Source: Leptospiraceae bacterium (GTDB lineage: Bacteria > Spirochaetota > Leptospiria > Leptospirales > Leptospiraceae). Taken from it: a DNA stretch of 33,253 bases. Shown here piece after piece: positions 17,315-26,433 of the stretch; position 1 is the first letter of the stretch, and the number at the start of each line of letters is the position of its first letter. The translations under genes were made by a program, and so were the position numbers. The stretch is taken from assembly GCA_016703885.1 (NCBI GenBank), contig JADJBD010000047.1, forward strand, positions 1 through 33,253, written 5' to 3'. Under the pieces are notes generated by a model, which saw only the letters and a list, made by a program, of their open reading frames with translations, searched no databases and was not told the DNA's origin.

Positions 17315-19699
17315 ATGACGAAAGAACTTTTTCAAAAAATTGCAAAGCTTGCTAAAGGCGAGAAAGACACTGAAGTCTTAATGCAAACTCTGATTGACTG
17401 TGAAGCAGAGATTAATAATAAATTTGCACAAAAAGAATATCTTCTTTCTCATGCTCTTAAAATTGGTAAGATTGCTACTTTCAATCTAGATGTCGCTTCC
17501 AAAAAAATTGAATGGTCTTCTGAAATTTATCAAATTCTAGAAAGAAATGAAAATGAGTTTTCTTCTAGCGTAGGGGCATATCTAAGTTTTGTGCACAAAG
17601 ATGATTTGACTGGAGTGCGCAAGAAATTGAGAGAAGCCATAAAATTAAAAAGAATTTTTTCCATTGAATATAGACTCATCATGCCCGATGAAAAAATTAA
17701 ATATGTATTAAGTGAAGGCAGCATAGAGTATAATAACAATAAGCCGATAAGATTCCTTGGATTAACCCAAGACATTACAGAGCGAAAAAATCGAGAAGAA
17801 GAATTAAAAATCTATAAGCATATTCTCAAAAACAATTGGGAAGCAGTTGTATTTGCAGACATGCAGGGAATAGTGCGTTATGCGAATACTTCTGCTTATG
17901 CGCTTTACGGATATGAAGAGCCCGAATTAATAGGACTTAATGTAGACATTTTCAATTCTCGTGATACAATCCAAACGCCTGAGATTATTGATTCAATCCT
18001 AAACAAAGGTGGTTGGTCAGGAGAATTGATACAAAGAAAAAAAGATGGAAGTAATATTCAGACACTTCTGACAGTTTCACTCATAACAAACGACCAGGGC
18101 GAGCCAATCGGTTATTCTTCTAATAGCAAAGACATTAGTGAAAAAAAATACTATGAACAAAGACTTTTAGGAGTTAGAAATTTTTTAGATAGCATCATCA
18201 ATGCAATCGCTAGTCCCGTCTTTGTGAAAGATATACTACATAATTGGATTTTATTAAATGATGCATTTTGTAGCTTCGTCGGATTCAAACGGGAAGAATT
18301 GCTGGGCAAATCAGATTATGATTTCTTTCCAAAAGAAGAGGCTGAAATTTTTTGGTTCAATGATAATAAAGTCCTCATTGACGAAGAAGATGCTGTAAAT
18401 GAAGAGTCGTTCACAGATTCCTTTCATCAAAGAAAAACTATTCTCACTCGAAAACGTCTTTACGTAGATGAGGCTGGAGACAAATACATAGTAGGTGTAA
18501 TAACAGACATTACCCGCACAAAAGAATTCGAGAATGAATTGATAAAAGCAAAAGAGCACGCTGAGATTGCAACATTAGCAAAGAGTGAATTTCTAGCTGA
18601 TATGACTCACGAAATAAGAACCCCGATGAATGCAATCCTTGGATTTTCTGAGCTATTGAAGAATGAAATCAAAGAGGGAAAAGCACGGAGGTATCTAGAT
18701 GGAATCATGAGCAGCGGCAAAAACCTATTAAACCTCATCAATGATATTTTAGATTTATCAAAAATTGAAGCAGGGAAGATGGAAATCAAAAATTCTCCTG
18801 TATTGATGCATAGTGTTCTGAGTGAATTACAAGAAATTTTTAATTTAAAATCTACTGAAAAAAATGTTGAATTAATATTTGTAATCTCCGGAAATTTCCA
18901 AAAGATAATTTTGGTAGATGAACTTCGTCTTAGGCAAATTCTTTCCAATCTTATCGGAAATGCAATTAAGTTTACAGAGTCGGGATCTGTAACTGTAAAA
19001 GTGAATTCTGTGTTTAATCGCAATAATCCCAACAAGATGGATTTGATGATAGCTATAGAAGACACTGGAATTGGAATAACGGACGCGGAACAAGAAAAAA
19101 TTTTTGAGGCTTTCTACCAACAATTAGATCAGAATATAAGCAAGTTCGGAGGAACAGGACTAGGACTTACTATTTCGTGTAAATTAGCTGAGATGATGAA
19201 AGGAAAGATTGATTTGCAAAGTAAAGTGGGAGTTGGCACAACGTTTACTCTTCATTTGCCGGACATTCAGATAATGAATGAAAATTTAAAAGAAGAAGAT
19301 ATAAATAATGCTAGTTTAGGATTGCCAAAATTTTCTCTTCTAATTGCAGATGATGTGGATTACAACCGTAATCTGGTAAAAGATTTTTTAAGCGAATATG
19401 AAATTGAATTCTTTGAAGCTTCGGACGGAAAAAGAGCATTTGAACTTGCTCGTGATTTAAAGCCAGATATCATACTAATGGATATTCGAATGCCAATTTT
19501 AGATGGACTAGATGCAAGTCGAATGATCAAAGAAGAGGAAAACTTAAAAGACATTCCAATTATAGCACTCACTGCTTATGTGATGAAAGACGCAGAAGAA
19601 GAAATTAAAAAATACTGCAACGGATTCATTCGAAAACCTATGAGCAAAAGAGATTTACTGACCGAAATCATTAAAATACTACCAACTCGTATATTGTAG
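17315..19699 (+). CDS. Cytoplasmic multi-PAS sensor hybrid histidine kinase (PAS x3, HisKA, HATPase, receiver)
   Basis: No TM segments. H-box ADMTHEIRTPMNAILGFSELL. N-box LIGNAIKFT, G-boxes DTGIGIT and GTGLGLTIS. Receiver LLIADDVDYN...ILMDIRMPILDG. Confidence 0.85.
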   Translation: MTKELFQKIAKLAKGEKDTEVLMQTLIDCEAEINNKFAQKEYLLSHALKIGKIATFNLDVASKKIEWSSEIYQILERNENEFSSSVGAYLSFVHKDDLTGVRKKLREAIKLKRIFSIEYRLIMPDEKIKYVLSEGSIEYNNNKPIRFLGLTQDITERKNREEELKIYKHILKNNWEAVVFADMQGIVRYANTSAYALYGYEEPELIGLNVDIFNSRDTIQTPEIIDSILNKGGWSGELIQRKKDGSNIQTLLTVSLITNDQGEPIGYSSNSKDISEKKYYEQRLLGVRNFLDSIINAIASPVFVKDILHNWILLNDAFCSFVGFKREELLGKSDYDFFPKEEAEIFWFNDNKVLIDEEDAVNEESFTDSFHQRKTILTRKRLYVDEAGDKYIVGVITDITRTKEFENELIKAKEHAEIATLAKSEFLADMTHEIRTPMNAILGFSELLKNEIKEGKARRYLDGIMSSGKNLLNLINDILDLSKIEAGKMEIKNSPVLMHSVLSELQEIFNLKSTEKNVELIFVISGNFQKIILVDELRLRQILSNLIGNAIKFTESGSVTVKVNSVFNRNNPNKMDLMIAIEDTGIGITDAEQEKIFEAFYQQLDQNISKFGGTGLGLTISCKLAEMMKGKIDLQSKVGVGTTFTLHLPDIQIMNENLKEEDINNASLGLPKFSLLIADDVDYNRNLVKDFLSEYEIEFFEASDGKRAFELARDLKPDIILMDIRMPILDGLDASRMIKEEENLKDIPIIALTAYVMKDAEEEIKKYCNGFIRKPMSKRDLLTEIIKILPTRIL

Positions 19700-19804
19700 T
19701 TGCAAATTGCATATTGTTTTAAGTCAAAAAAATAAACTCTCTCAGACAATAAAATCTAAAAGTGAATGACACGATCTTAAAACAATATAGAATGCGTTTA
19801 CTTT

Positions 19805-20488
19805 ATGGAATTCGACGAAATTTTCAAACACCTACTAGACGTGAACAAGGATGCACCGGATAGTCGTATTCTGAAATTGGAATGTCCAATACCGCAAAAA
19901 TATGAAATTGCGATGAATGAATTCTTAGAGAAATTTTTTGTAAACGATCCATTTGAAATTAAGCCACAAGACTTAGAGACGTTTAGCACTCCGACTGGAA
20001 AAATAAAAAAATTAAAATTTGATAGAAGACCTTCTACATTTTTAAGCATTCTTAGATTTTTAGAATTATATAGACAACAGTTAAAAAAAATTCAAGGCAA
20101 TTTGAGTATACTTGCGAGTTGCTACAAAAAATTTGAATCTAACGATCTATTTGATCCTGTGAATTCAGTATTGAAGAACGAAATTTTTTCTCATTTGTTA
20201 TCCGCCGGTCGGCTTTTAAAAAAATGGAATCCTCAAGTGGAACAACTATACAAGATTACTCTGACTAATATCAATTTGGCGATAACCGAGTCAGAAGCCA
20301 TCAATGGTCGCGGAAAAGGATTTGTAAACATTCGAAAAATTCACAGCGAAGGATATTTAAACTTAACCTTTCATCCTTATTACGAAAACATGATTAACTT
20401 CTGTATCATGTGCATAGCTTTCTCTGCAAAATTTGAAACTATGACAGTCGATTATAGTGCAAAAGCAAAAGCAGCACTTAACTTATAA
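19805..20488 (+). CDS. Hypothetical protein (227 aa)
   Basis: Long ORF in coding-like composition. No motif recognised. Confidence 0.5.
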   Translation: MEFDEIFKHLLDVNKDAPDSRILKLECPIPQKYEIAMNEFLEKFFVNDPFEIKPQDLETFSTPTGKIKKLKFDRRPSTFLSILRFLELYRQQLKKIQGNLSILASCYKKFESNDLFDPVNSVLKNEIFSHLLSAGRLLKKWNPQVEQLYKITLTNINLAITESEAINGRGKGFVNIRKIHSEGYLNLTFHPYYENMINFCIMCIAFSAKFETMTVDYSAKAKAALNL

Positions 20489-20492
20489 AACA

Positions 20493-21299
20493 TTAACTCT
20501 TTTCTGTTGGTTTTAAAAATGGAATTCGTAGCATCCAGTCAAGTCTCAAATACTTTGAATCTCTAAAAACAGGAAGCCCGAGCGTTAAACTTCCCTTAGC
20601 CTCATTTCTTAAAGTTCCAAGAAGTCTATCCCAAATGGAAAGATTAAATCCATAATTCATATTGTATTCAGAAACCAAGACGGAATGATGAATTCTATGA
20701 AGTGAAGGGGTAATCACTATATACCGTAAAACTCTATCGAGCGCAGCAGGAATAAAAATATTACTGTGATTAAACATAGCCATTCCATTTAGAATCACTT
20801 CAAATAGAAGAACAGTAAATGGAGAAACTCCTGAAAGTAAAATGGCAGACCATTTAATCAACATAGAAATAATAATTTCAATCGGATGAAACCGAGTTCC
20901 ACTGGTAACATCTAACTCCAAATCAGCATGGTGCATTTGGTGAAGCTTCCACAAAACAGGAATGGCGTGAAACAAAACATGTTGAAGATAGATTACAAAA
21001 TCTAAAAAGACTAAACCAACAAGAATATACACCCAGTCTCCCGGGTTTAGAAGTCTTAAAAATCCAAACTGTCTAGTAGCGGCAAACTCTGCTAAGCCGA
21101 TGGCGGTTACAGGAAATAAAACTCGAACGATTAAATTGTTTAATAAGACAAGACCCAGATTCGAACTCCATCTAGTCGTCTTAGAATACGGAGACTTGTG
21201 ATCTGGAAATATAACTTCCCAGAGGGCAAAGAGTAAAAATAATCCAAAGAAAATTCCGAGTCTAAAATAAACTTCTTTTTGTAGTATCCAAGTTTCCAT
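20493..21299 (-). CDS. Fatty acid hydroxylase superfamily / sterol desaturase family membrane protein
   Basis: Histidine boxes HVLFH, HQMHH, HRIHH in a multi-TM protein. Confidence 0.8.
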   Translation of the reverse strand: METWILQKEVYFRLGIFFGLFLLFALWEVIFPDHKSPYSKTTRWSSNLGLVLLNNLIVRVLFPVTAIGLAEFAATRQFGFLRLLNPGDWVYILVGLVFLDFVIYLQHVLFHAIPVLWKLHQMHHADLELDVTSGTRFHPIEIIISMLIKWSAILLSGVSPFTVLLFEVILNGMAMFNHSNIFIPAALDRVLRYIVITPSLHRIHHSVLVSEYNMNYGFNLSIWDRLLGTLRNEAKGSLTLGLPVFRDSKYLRLDWMLRIPFLKPTEKS

Positions 21300-21300
21300 T

Positions 21301-21537
21301 TTATTTTACTTCCACTTTGTTCTTAGAATAATAAAACTTTAATCCAATGATAAAGAGAGGACTCAAATGAAAAAGTAAATCAAAGATATCAATTGGTTTT
21401 GTAAGCTCACCTTTGACTAAGAGTAAAATTTTCTCAATCGAATGAGGCATTGGAACAAAAGGTGCGAGTCCCATGAGAACTGCTCCAATGATAAGGTTTG
21501 TATACGTTATTTTGTCTAAGAACGATAGATATTTCAT
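21301..21537 (-). CDS. Small membrane protein (78 aa), hypothetical, cotranscribed with the hydroxylase
   Basis: Two hydrophobic helices. Only 1 nt separates it from the downstream hydroxylase. Confidence 0.45.
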   Translation of the reverse strand: MKYLSFLDKITYTNLIIGAVLMGLAPFVPMPHSIEKILLLVKGELTKPIDIFDLLFHLSPLFIIGLKFYYSKNKVEVK

Positions 21538-21721
21538 TCAAATCTCCTATTGCCTAACTTAAAAAGAATCTTTTCTTTGTCAAGCCTTATACGGTAGGGG
21601 GTATACTATATCTTCTTTCGTATATCGGATATATCAAATTGCAGTCCTTGTTGCTACTGAAGCATAGAGGTGGGATTGTAATTGACAATCTAATTAATTA
21701 TTCCATAATTATATGATACTC

Positions 21722-21760
21722 ATGCATCTAAATTTCTCATGGGATCATAAAGGAGAGTAA
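21722..21760 (+). pseudogene. Possible 12-codon remnant of a BrnT (DUF497) toxin gene: MHLNFSWDHKGE, then tandem stops
   Basis: The F.WD..K pattern resembles the BrnT N-terminus (M.FEWDE.K). It sits 5 nt upstream of a BrnA-family antitoxin gene, where brnT normally lies. Very short, so weak. Confidence 0.2.
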
Positions 21761-21765
21761 TAAAT

Positions 21766-21975
21766 ATGAGAAAAGAATATGATTTTACTAACTCAAAAAA
21801 GAATCCTTACGCAAGTAAATTAAAAAAACAAATTACTATTAGAATTGATGAGAATACAATTAAGTATTTTAAAGAAGTAGCTGGAGATACAGGAATTCCT
21901 TATCAAAATCTTATAAATTTGTATTTATACGAATGCGCCACAAGTAAAAAGAAATTAGAATTAAAATGGAGTTAA
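21766..21975 (+). CDS. brnA: BrnA-family (CopG/RHH-like) type II antitoxin, apparently orphan
   Basis: GGAGAG RBS. KKQITIRIDENTIKYFKEVAGDTGIPYQNLINLYLYECA matches the BrnA_antitoxin consensus (vtlRld.dvl..fka.a...G.gYQTlIN..LR). Confidence 0.6.
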   Translation: MRKEYDFTNSKKNPYASKLKKQITIRIDENTIKYFKEVAGDTGIPYQNLINLYLYECATSKKKLELKWS

Positions 21976-22059
21976 ACTTATTCTATATCTTTAGGAGAAC
22001 TCGTTTAAAAAATTCTTTTTTTACTTGAGTTTTTCTAATTAGAAGGAAAAACTATTCTC

Positions 22060-22290
22060 ATGAAGACGATTACAGTTTCCATTTCCGAAAATGAATTCGA
22101 GCGATTTGGTATCAATTCAGAGAAAATTGATTTCAAAGAATTACTAGACAAAATAAGCATTGAATTAGCCAGACAGGCTGCTTATCAGTGTCATGAAATA
22201 GCAAAAAGAGTCGGACTATCAACAATGACGATGGACGAAATTAGCGCAGAAGTTAAAGCAGTGAGAATGAATGTAAAAAAACGTTCTTGA
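22060..22290 (+). CDS. Hypothetical small protein (76 aa)
   Basis: AAGGAA RBS. No recognised domain. Confidence 0.45.
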   Translation: MKTITVSISENEFERFGINSEKIDFKELLDKISIELARQAAYQCHEIAKRVGLSTMTMDEISAEVKAVRMNVKKRS

Positions 22291-22380
22291 TACAAATATT
22301 CAGAGTGACTTACTCTAATTAGCCTCATTATCATTTAGTGAAAAATTTGAGAGGTATCTCGACGTTATTCGGAGGATTGT

Positions 22381-23061
22381 TTGAAAAATAAATTACTTTT
22401 AGGGCTAATCGTTGTTTTGCTTCAATGTAGTTCCCCGCAATCGTTTTCATATACTCCCACAGATCATCCAGAGCCTAAAGTTAAACTGGGAAAGAGTATC
22501 GGAATTTTGCCGTTTAAGGATTTGCGTCCATTCGAAGATCGTAATAGATTAATTTTCCCATTTGCTATTATTCCCCTAATTCTCTGGCAAACAATAGAAA
22601 ATGAGCGACCAATTAAATATGAGAATGCTGAAATATTTGAGTTTGAATCAAAATTAAGGCATGCTATTCAAAATGAACTAGAGTCTAGAAAAGTTTTAAA
22701 AGAAGTTTTCTTAGATTTTCCTCCTATTGCGAAACCGATTGATTATAAGGTTGAAATTGAACTTTATTCGACAAAAGAAAAACGAATTATTACTATGTAT
22801 GGATTAAGTTTCTTGGGAATATACATTTCATATTTAGGTATACCCTCCGCAAAGGTCGAAAATACACTAATCTTGAACGTAAACTTGATTGATACAAAAA
22901 CGAATCAAAGCCTATTTCAAAAAAAATATAACGAAATGCAAAATCGTTTTTTTTCAAGGCACAATTATGATAGCAAAAAGTTCCAAAATGAAATTGATAT
23001 CGTTCAAAGAATGTTTCCTGAAATTGCAAACGATATCGTAAATGCGATTGCAAAAAAGTAA
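22381..23061 (+). CDS. Putative lipoprotein (226 aa)
   Basis: TTG start. Signal plus lipobox MKNKLLLGLIVVLLQC. Confidence 0.55.
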   Translation: MKNKLLLGLIVVLLQCSSPQSFSYTPTDHPEPKVKLGKSIGILPFKDLRPFEDRNRLIFPFAIIPLILWQTIENERPIKYENAEIFEFESKLRHAIQNELESRKVLKEVFLDFPPIAKPIDYKVEIELYSTKEKRIITMYGLSFLGIYISYLGIPSAKVENTLILNVNLIDTKTNQSLFQKKYNEMQNRFFSRHNYDSKKFQNEIDIVQRMFPEIANDIVNAIAKK

Positions 23062-23519
23062 AGCGCATAACAAGAATTACCCTTAAAACTCCAAAGCCTC
23101 GGGTTAGGGATGGAAGCGGCGTCAATAATTTGCTTATGAATAAAAAACCTATCCAGCGACATTAAGAGTCGCAAATTATTGACGAGAGCGAGAGCCGGCG
23201 ACAAAGAAAACACAAGTTTAAAACTCTTCCCGGCGTCTAGTTCCTCTGTGGCAAAACATCCTACGCAACCGCTCAAGTATAAAGCCGACGGGAACCCCCA
23301 AACAAATCAAATCCAAAAAAGTTTTTTTGTCTAGACGTAATACTAAAACTATAAAAAAGTCAAATTAAGAAAAAAGAAATACGAAGACTTTGAATGAGAC
23401 AAATATTTAAAGCAGAACACAAGAACCTCCAATCTCTGTGTCTCCGTGACTCTGTGGCAAAAATTCTTCATTAGTCAACTAACGATGTTTATTATTAATT
23501 AAAATTCCAAGGAAACAAA

Positions 23520-25223
23520 ATGAAACTCTTAAACCCTAAGAAAGAAAAGTATGAGCATCTAGACGAAAAGTCTAGAAACCTAATGTTAAAGACAATTGAG
23601 TTTTTTGAGACTAAAGGCAAACTCAAAGTTCTAGACGATGATCACAAAAAAGTTTGGTATGCAGACTTTTTAGAGTTTGTGAAAAAAGAAAAAGCATTTT
23701 CCATTCTCATGACTCCGAAAGGATATGGTGCGAATGATTCTCGTTGGGACTCCAATCGTATTATGGCGTTCAATGAAATTCTAGGTTTTTACGGTTTGTG
23801 TTATTGGTATACATGGCAAGTTTCTATGCTTGGTCTTGGTCCGATTTGGCTTTCTAAAAATGAAGGCATTAAAAACAAAGCCGCAAAACTTTTAGAAGAA
23901 GGCGAAATCTTTGCTTTTGGTTTATCTGAAAAAGAGCACGGTGCTGATTTAATCGGTAGTGATATGATGCTTATCCCCAACGGTGATGGAACATATAAAG
24001 CAAGTGGAGACAAATTCTACATCGGTAATGGAAACAAAGCGGCTATCGTTTCTACTTTTGGTAAAGTAAAAGATAGCGGCGAATTTGTGTTCTTCGGTGT
24101 AAATTCACAACATCCAAAATATGAATTGAAACCAAACATCGTTACCTCCCAAAACTATGTAGCCGAGTATGAGTTACACGATTATCCAATCACAAAAGAT
24201 GATATTATCTCGATTGGTCGTGAAGCCTGGGATGCATCTCTTGCAACTATCGCATTTTGTAAATTCAATTTAGGTTGGGGATCTGTTGGTATTGCGACTC
24301 ACGCATTTTATGAGTCTATCAACCACGCTGCACATAGAAGACTATTCAATCAATACGTAACTGACTTTGCTCATATCAAACAACTTTTCATGGAAAGCTA
24401 TACTCGTCTTGCTGCTATGAGAATGTTTTCTTTCCGTGCAACTGATTATATGAGAACAGCTTCTGCGACTGACAGACGTTATCTCCTATTTAACCCAATG
24501 GAAAAAATGAAAGTCACCATGCAAGGTGAAGAAGTAGTAACTGCTCTTTGGAATATCATTGCTGCTAAGGGTTTAAACAAAGATGCTTATTTTGAATTGG
24601 CAATTCGTGATATCCAAATGCTTCCAAGACTTGAAGGAACTGTGCATGTGAACATGATCCTGATTATGCGCTTTATGCAAAATTATTTCTTCAAGCCAGA
24701 TGCGTCTCTTCCTGTCATTCCAAGAGTTCATACTTTAACAGATGATACCTTCCTTTTCAATCAAGGTGCTACTACAAAAGGTTTCGATAAGGTTGTTTTC
24801 CATGATTATAACATTGCGTATAACAGCTATAATCTCCCGAACCTCACTATCTTCAAAGAACAAATCGCAGTCTTCAAAGAACTACTCGACAAAGCAGCTC
24901 CAGACAAAGCGCAAAAAGTAGACATCGACTTTATGCTCACTCTTGGAGAAATGTTTACTCTTGTGGCTTACGGTCAGTTGGTGCTCGAGCAAGCAAAACT
25001 CACTAACGAAGAAGAAGCTTTAATCGACCAAATCTTTGACTTCATGGTTCGTGATTTCTCCCGTTATGCGACACAGTTGTATTCAAAACCTACTAGCACA
25101 AAAGAACAACAAGACTATGCTATGAAGATTTTGCGTAAACCTGTTTTAAATCAAGAAAGATTCGATCATATCTACAAAGACCATATCATGGCTCTTGTGG
25201 ATACTTATGAGATGAATCGATAA
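23520..25223 (+). CDS. Acyl-CoA dehydrogenase family protein (long, 567 aa)
   Basis: ACAD-like core (FGLSEKEHGADL, YIGNGNKAAI). Preceded by a 458-bp structured intergenic region. Confidence 0.75.
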   Translation: MKLLNPKKEKYEHLDEKSRNLMLKTIEFFETKGKLKVLDDDHKKVWYADFLEFVKKEKAFSILMTPKGYGANDSRWDSNRIMAFNEILGFYGLCYWYTWQVSMLGLGPIWLSKNEGIKNKAAKLLEEGEIFAFGLSEKEHGADLIGSDMMLIPNGDGTYKASGDKFYIGNGNKAAIVSTFGKVKDSGEFVFFGVNSQHPKYELKPNIVTSQNYVAEYELHDYPITKDDIISIGREAWDASLATIAFCKFNLGWGSVGIATHAFYESINHAAHRRLFNQYVTDFAHIKQLFMESYTRLAAMRMFSFRATDYMRTASATDRRYLLFNPMEKMKVTMQGEEVVTALWNIIAAKGLNKDAYFELAIRDIQMLPRLEGTVHVNMILIMRFMQNYFFKPDASLPVIPRVHTLTDDTFLFNQGATTKGFDKVVFHDYNIAYNSYNLPNLTIFKEQIAVFKELLDKAAPDKAQKVDIDFMLTLGEMFTLVAYGQLVLEQAKLTNEEEALIDQIFDFMVRDFSRYATQLYSKPTSTKEQQDYAMKILRKPVLNQERFDHIYKDHIMALVDTYEMNR

Positions 25224-25311
25224 TTGATTATTATCCACTGTAGGTTATGCATATATGCATAACCTACAAGTGATATCGCGAAATTGTGTTTTTTGTTAAA
25301 CGTAGAGACAG

Positions 25312-25357
25312 GTTTCAAACAGCGTAAGCGTGTCTCTACTCCTTTTAAAATTTTTTT
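25312..25357 (+). terminator. Rho-independent terminator after the ACAD-like gene
   Basis: 9-bp stem GTAGAGACA / TGTCTCTAC with a 10-nt loop, followed by TCCTTTTAAAATTTTTTT. Confidence 0.55.
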
Positions 25358-25446
25358 CATTCTATCTTCTTCCTCTCGTAAAAATCAAACACTTCTTTTT
25401 TAATAATGTTGTTTGACATTATTAAATAAAACGAGACTTTAATCCC

Positions 25447-25860
25447 ATGAACAAAAAATTACTCTTACGAATTGCGGCGGGCTTGGTTCTATTTACCTGC
25501 ATTGGACATACGTTTGGAACGTTTATGCCGATTCCAAAAGAAGAAGTTGAAGTGATGAATACTACGAACATTATGAAGGAAACGTTAGTCTCCATGCCTA
25601 TTGGTAAAGGTAAAAGTTATTTCGATATTTTTCTTGGGAATAATATTTGTGTGATTGTTTATCTTTTTGTTACAGGACTCAGTTTTATTTCCTTTTCCTC
25701 TTCTGATAATACAGATACAAGCAATCGTAGAATGTTACTTCTACATAGTCTTGGATTAATTGCAGTTGCTATTGTGAGTGGACTTTACTTTTTCCCTCTG
25801 CCTGCTTTTTGCACCGGTGCCGCAGGAGTCTTAGGCTTGGTTGTTTATTTACGTAAATAA
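25447..25860 (+). CDS. Hypothetical membrane protein (137 aa)
   Basis: N-terminal and C-terminal hydrophobic helices. A 9-bp inverted repeat overlaps a TTGACA box about 35 nt upstream. Confidence 0.5.
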   Translation: MNKKLLLRIAAGLVLFTCIGHTFGTFMPIPKEEVEVMNTTNIMKETLVSMPIGKGKSYFDIFLGNNICVIVYLFVTGLSFISFSSSDNTDTSNRRMLLLHSLGLIAVAIVSGLYFFPLPAFCTGAAGVLGLVVYLRK

Positions 25861-25963
25861 AGCTGACACAATAAAATTTCTTTCAAGTAACTCAAATTAC
25901 TAAAAAAATATTTCTTTACCGCACAAAGGAAGATAATTTACAGTCTAAACTTCACAAGTAAAT

Positions 25964-26310
25964 GGGGACGATTTGGTTTCGACTGTTGTAGACCTGGGTA
26001 CTGTGGCATGTAGAGGTGAGAGGCCGCCTTTAAAAACTCTCAAAAAACAAACGCTAACAACGAATTAGCTTTAGCAGCTTAATCTAAGCCGCTACGAGAA
26101 ACTGCTCTAACTTTCCGGTGGGCAGCGTATCGACTCTAAACGGAAAGTTGCACAAGTCGTTCTCCGACTTGGATTTGTGCAGAACCAAAGTTGGATAGGA
26201 GTGAATCACCTGTTTGTAGGTCAAGGCACTTCGAGATTTATTTACAAACTAAACATGTAGAGGCTTTACTTATGTGCAATAGGACCCGGGTTCGACCCCC
26301 GGCGTCTCCA
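25964..26310 (+). ncRNA. ssrA: tmRNA (SsrA), tag peptide reading frame 26053..26082 encoding ANNELALAA-stop
   Basis: 5' GGGGACGATTTGGTTTCGAC. 3' T-arm GGGTTCGACCCCC. Acceptor CGTCTCCA pairs with the 5' GGGGACG. Tag ORF GCT AAC AAC GAA TTA GCT TTA GCA GCT TAA. Confidence 0.9.
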
Positions 26311-26326
26311 TTTTCTACTTTCAAGT

Positions 26327-26390
26327 TAAACACGTAGCAGTTTTACTTCTGTGCAATAGACCAGGGTGCAACCCCCGGCGTCTCCATTTT
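26327..26390 (+). repeat. Degenerate direct duplicate of the tmRNA 3' end (about 80% identity, with an identical 20-bp core ACCCCCGGCGTCTCCATTTT)
   Basis: TAAACACGTAGCAGTTTTACTTCTGTGCAATAGACCAGGGTGCAACCCCCGGCGTCTCCATTTT matches tmRNA 26250-26314. The T-loop is mutated (GGGTTCGAC becomes GGGTGCAAC). Confidence 0.8.
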
Positions 26391-26433
26391 TTGTGCAATA
26401 AACAAACCTTACACCGACCGTATTCTTTACTCT

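Noticed and set aside
23004-23276. 90-aa minus-strand ORF in the long intergenic region upstream of the ACAD-like gene
   Set aside because: It overlaps the end of the lipoprotein gene, has no RBS and an implausible composition. The region is better explained as structured noncoding DNA with inverted repeats and motif copies.
23244-23280. TGGCA in the repeated motif as a sigma-54 (-24/-12) promoter
   Set aside because: No TTGC(A/T) element sits at the required 5-nt spacing after TGGCA in any of the three copies.
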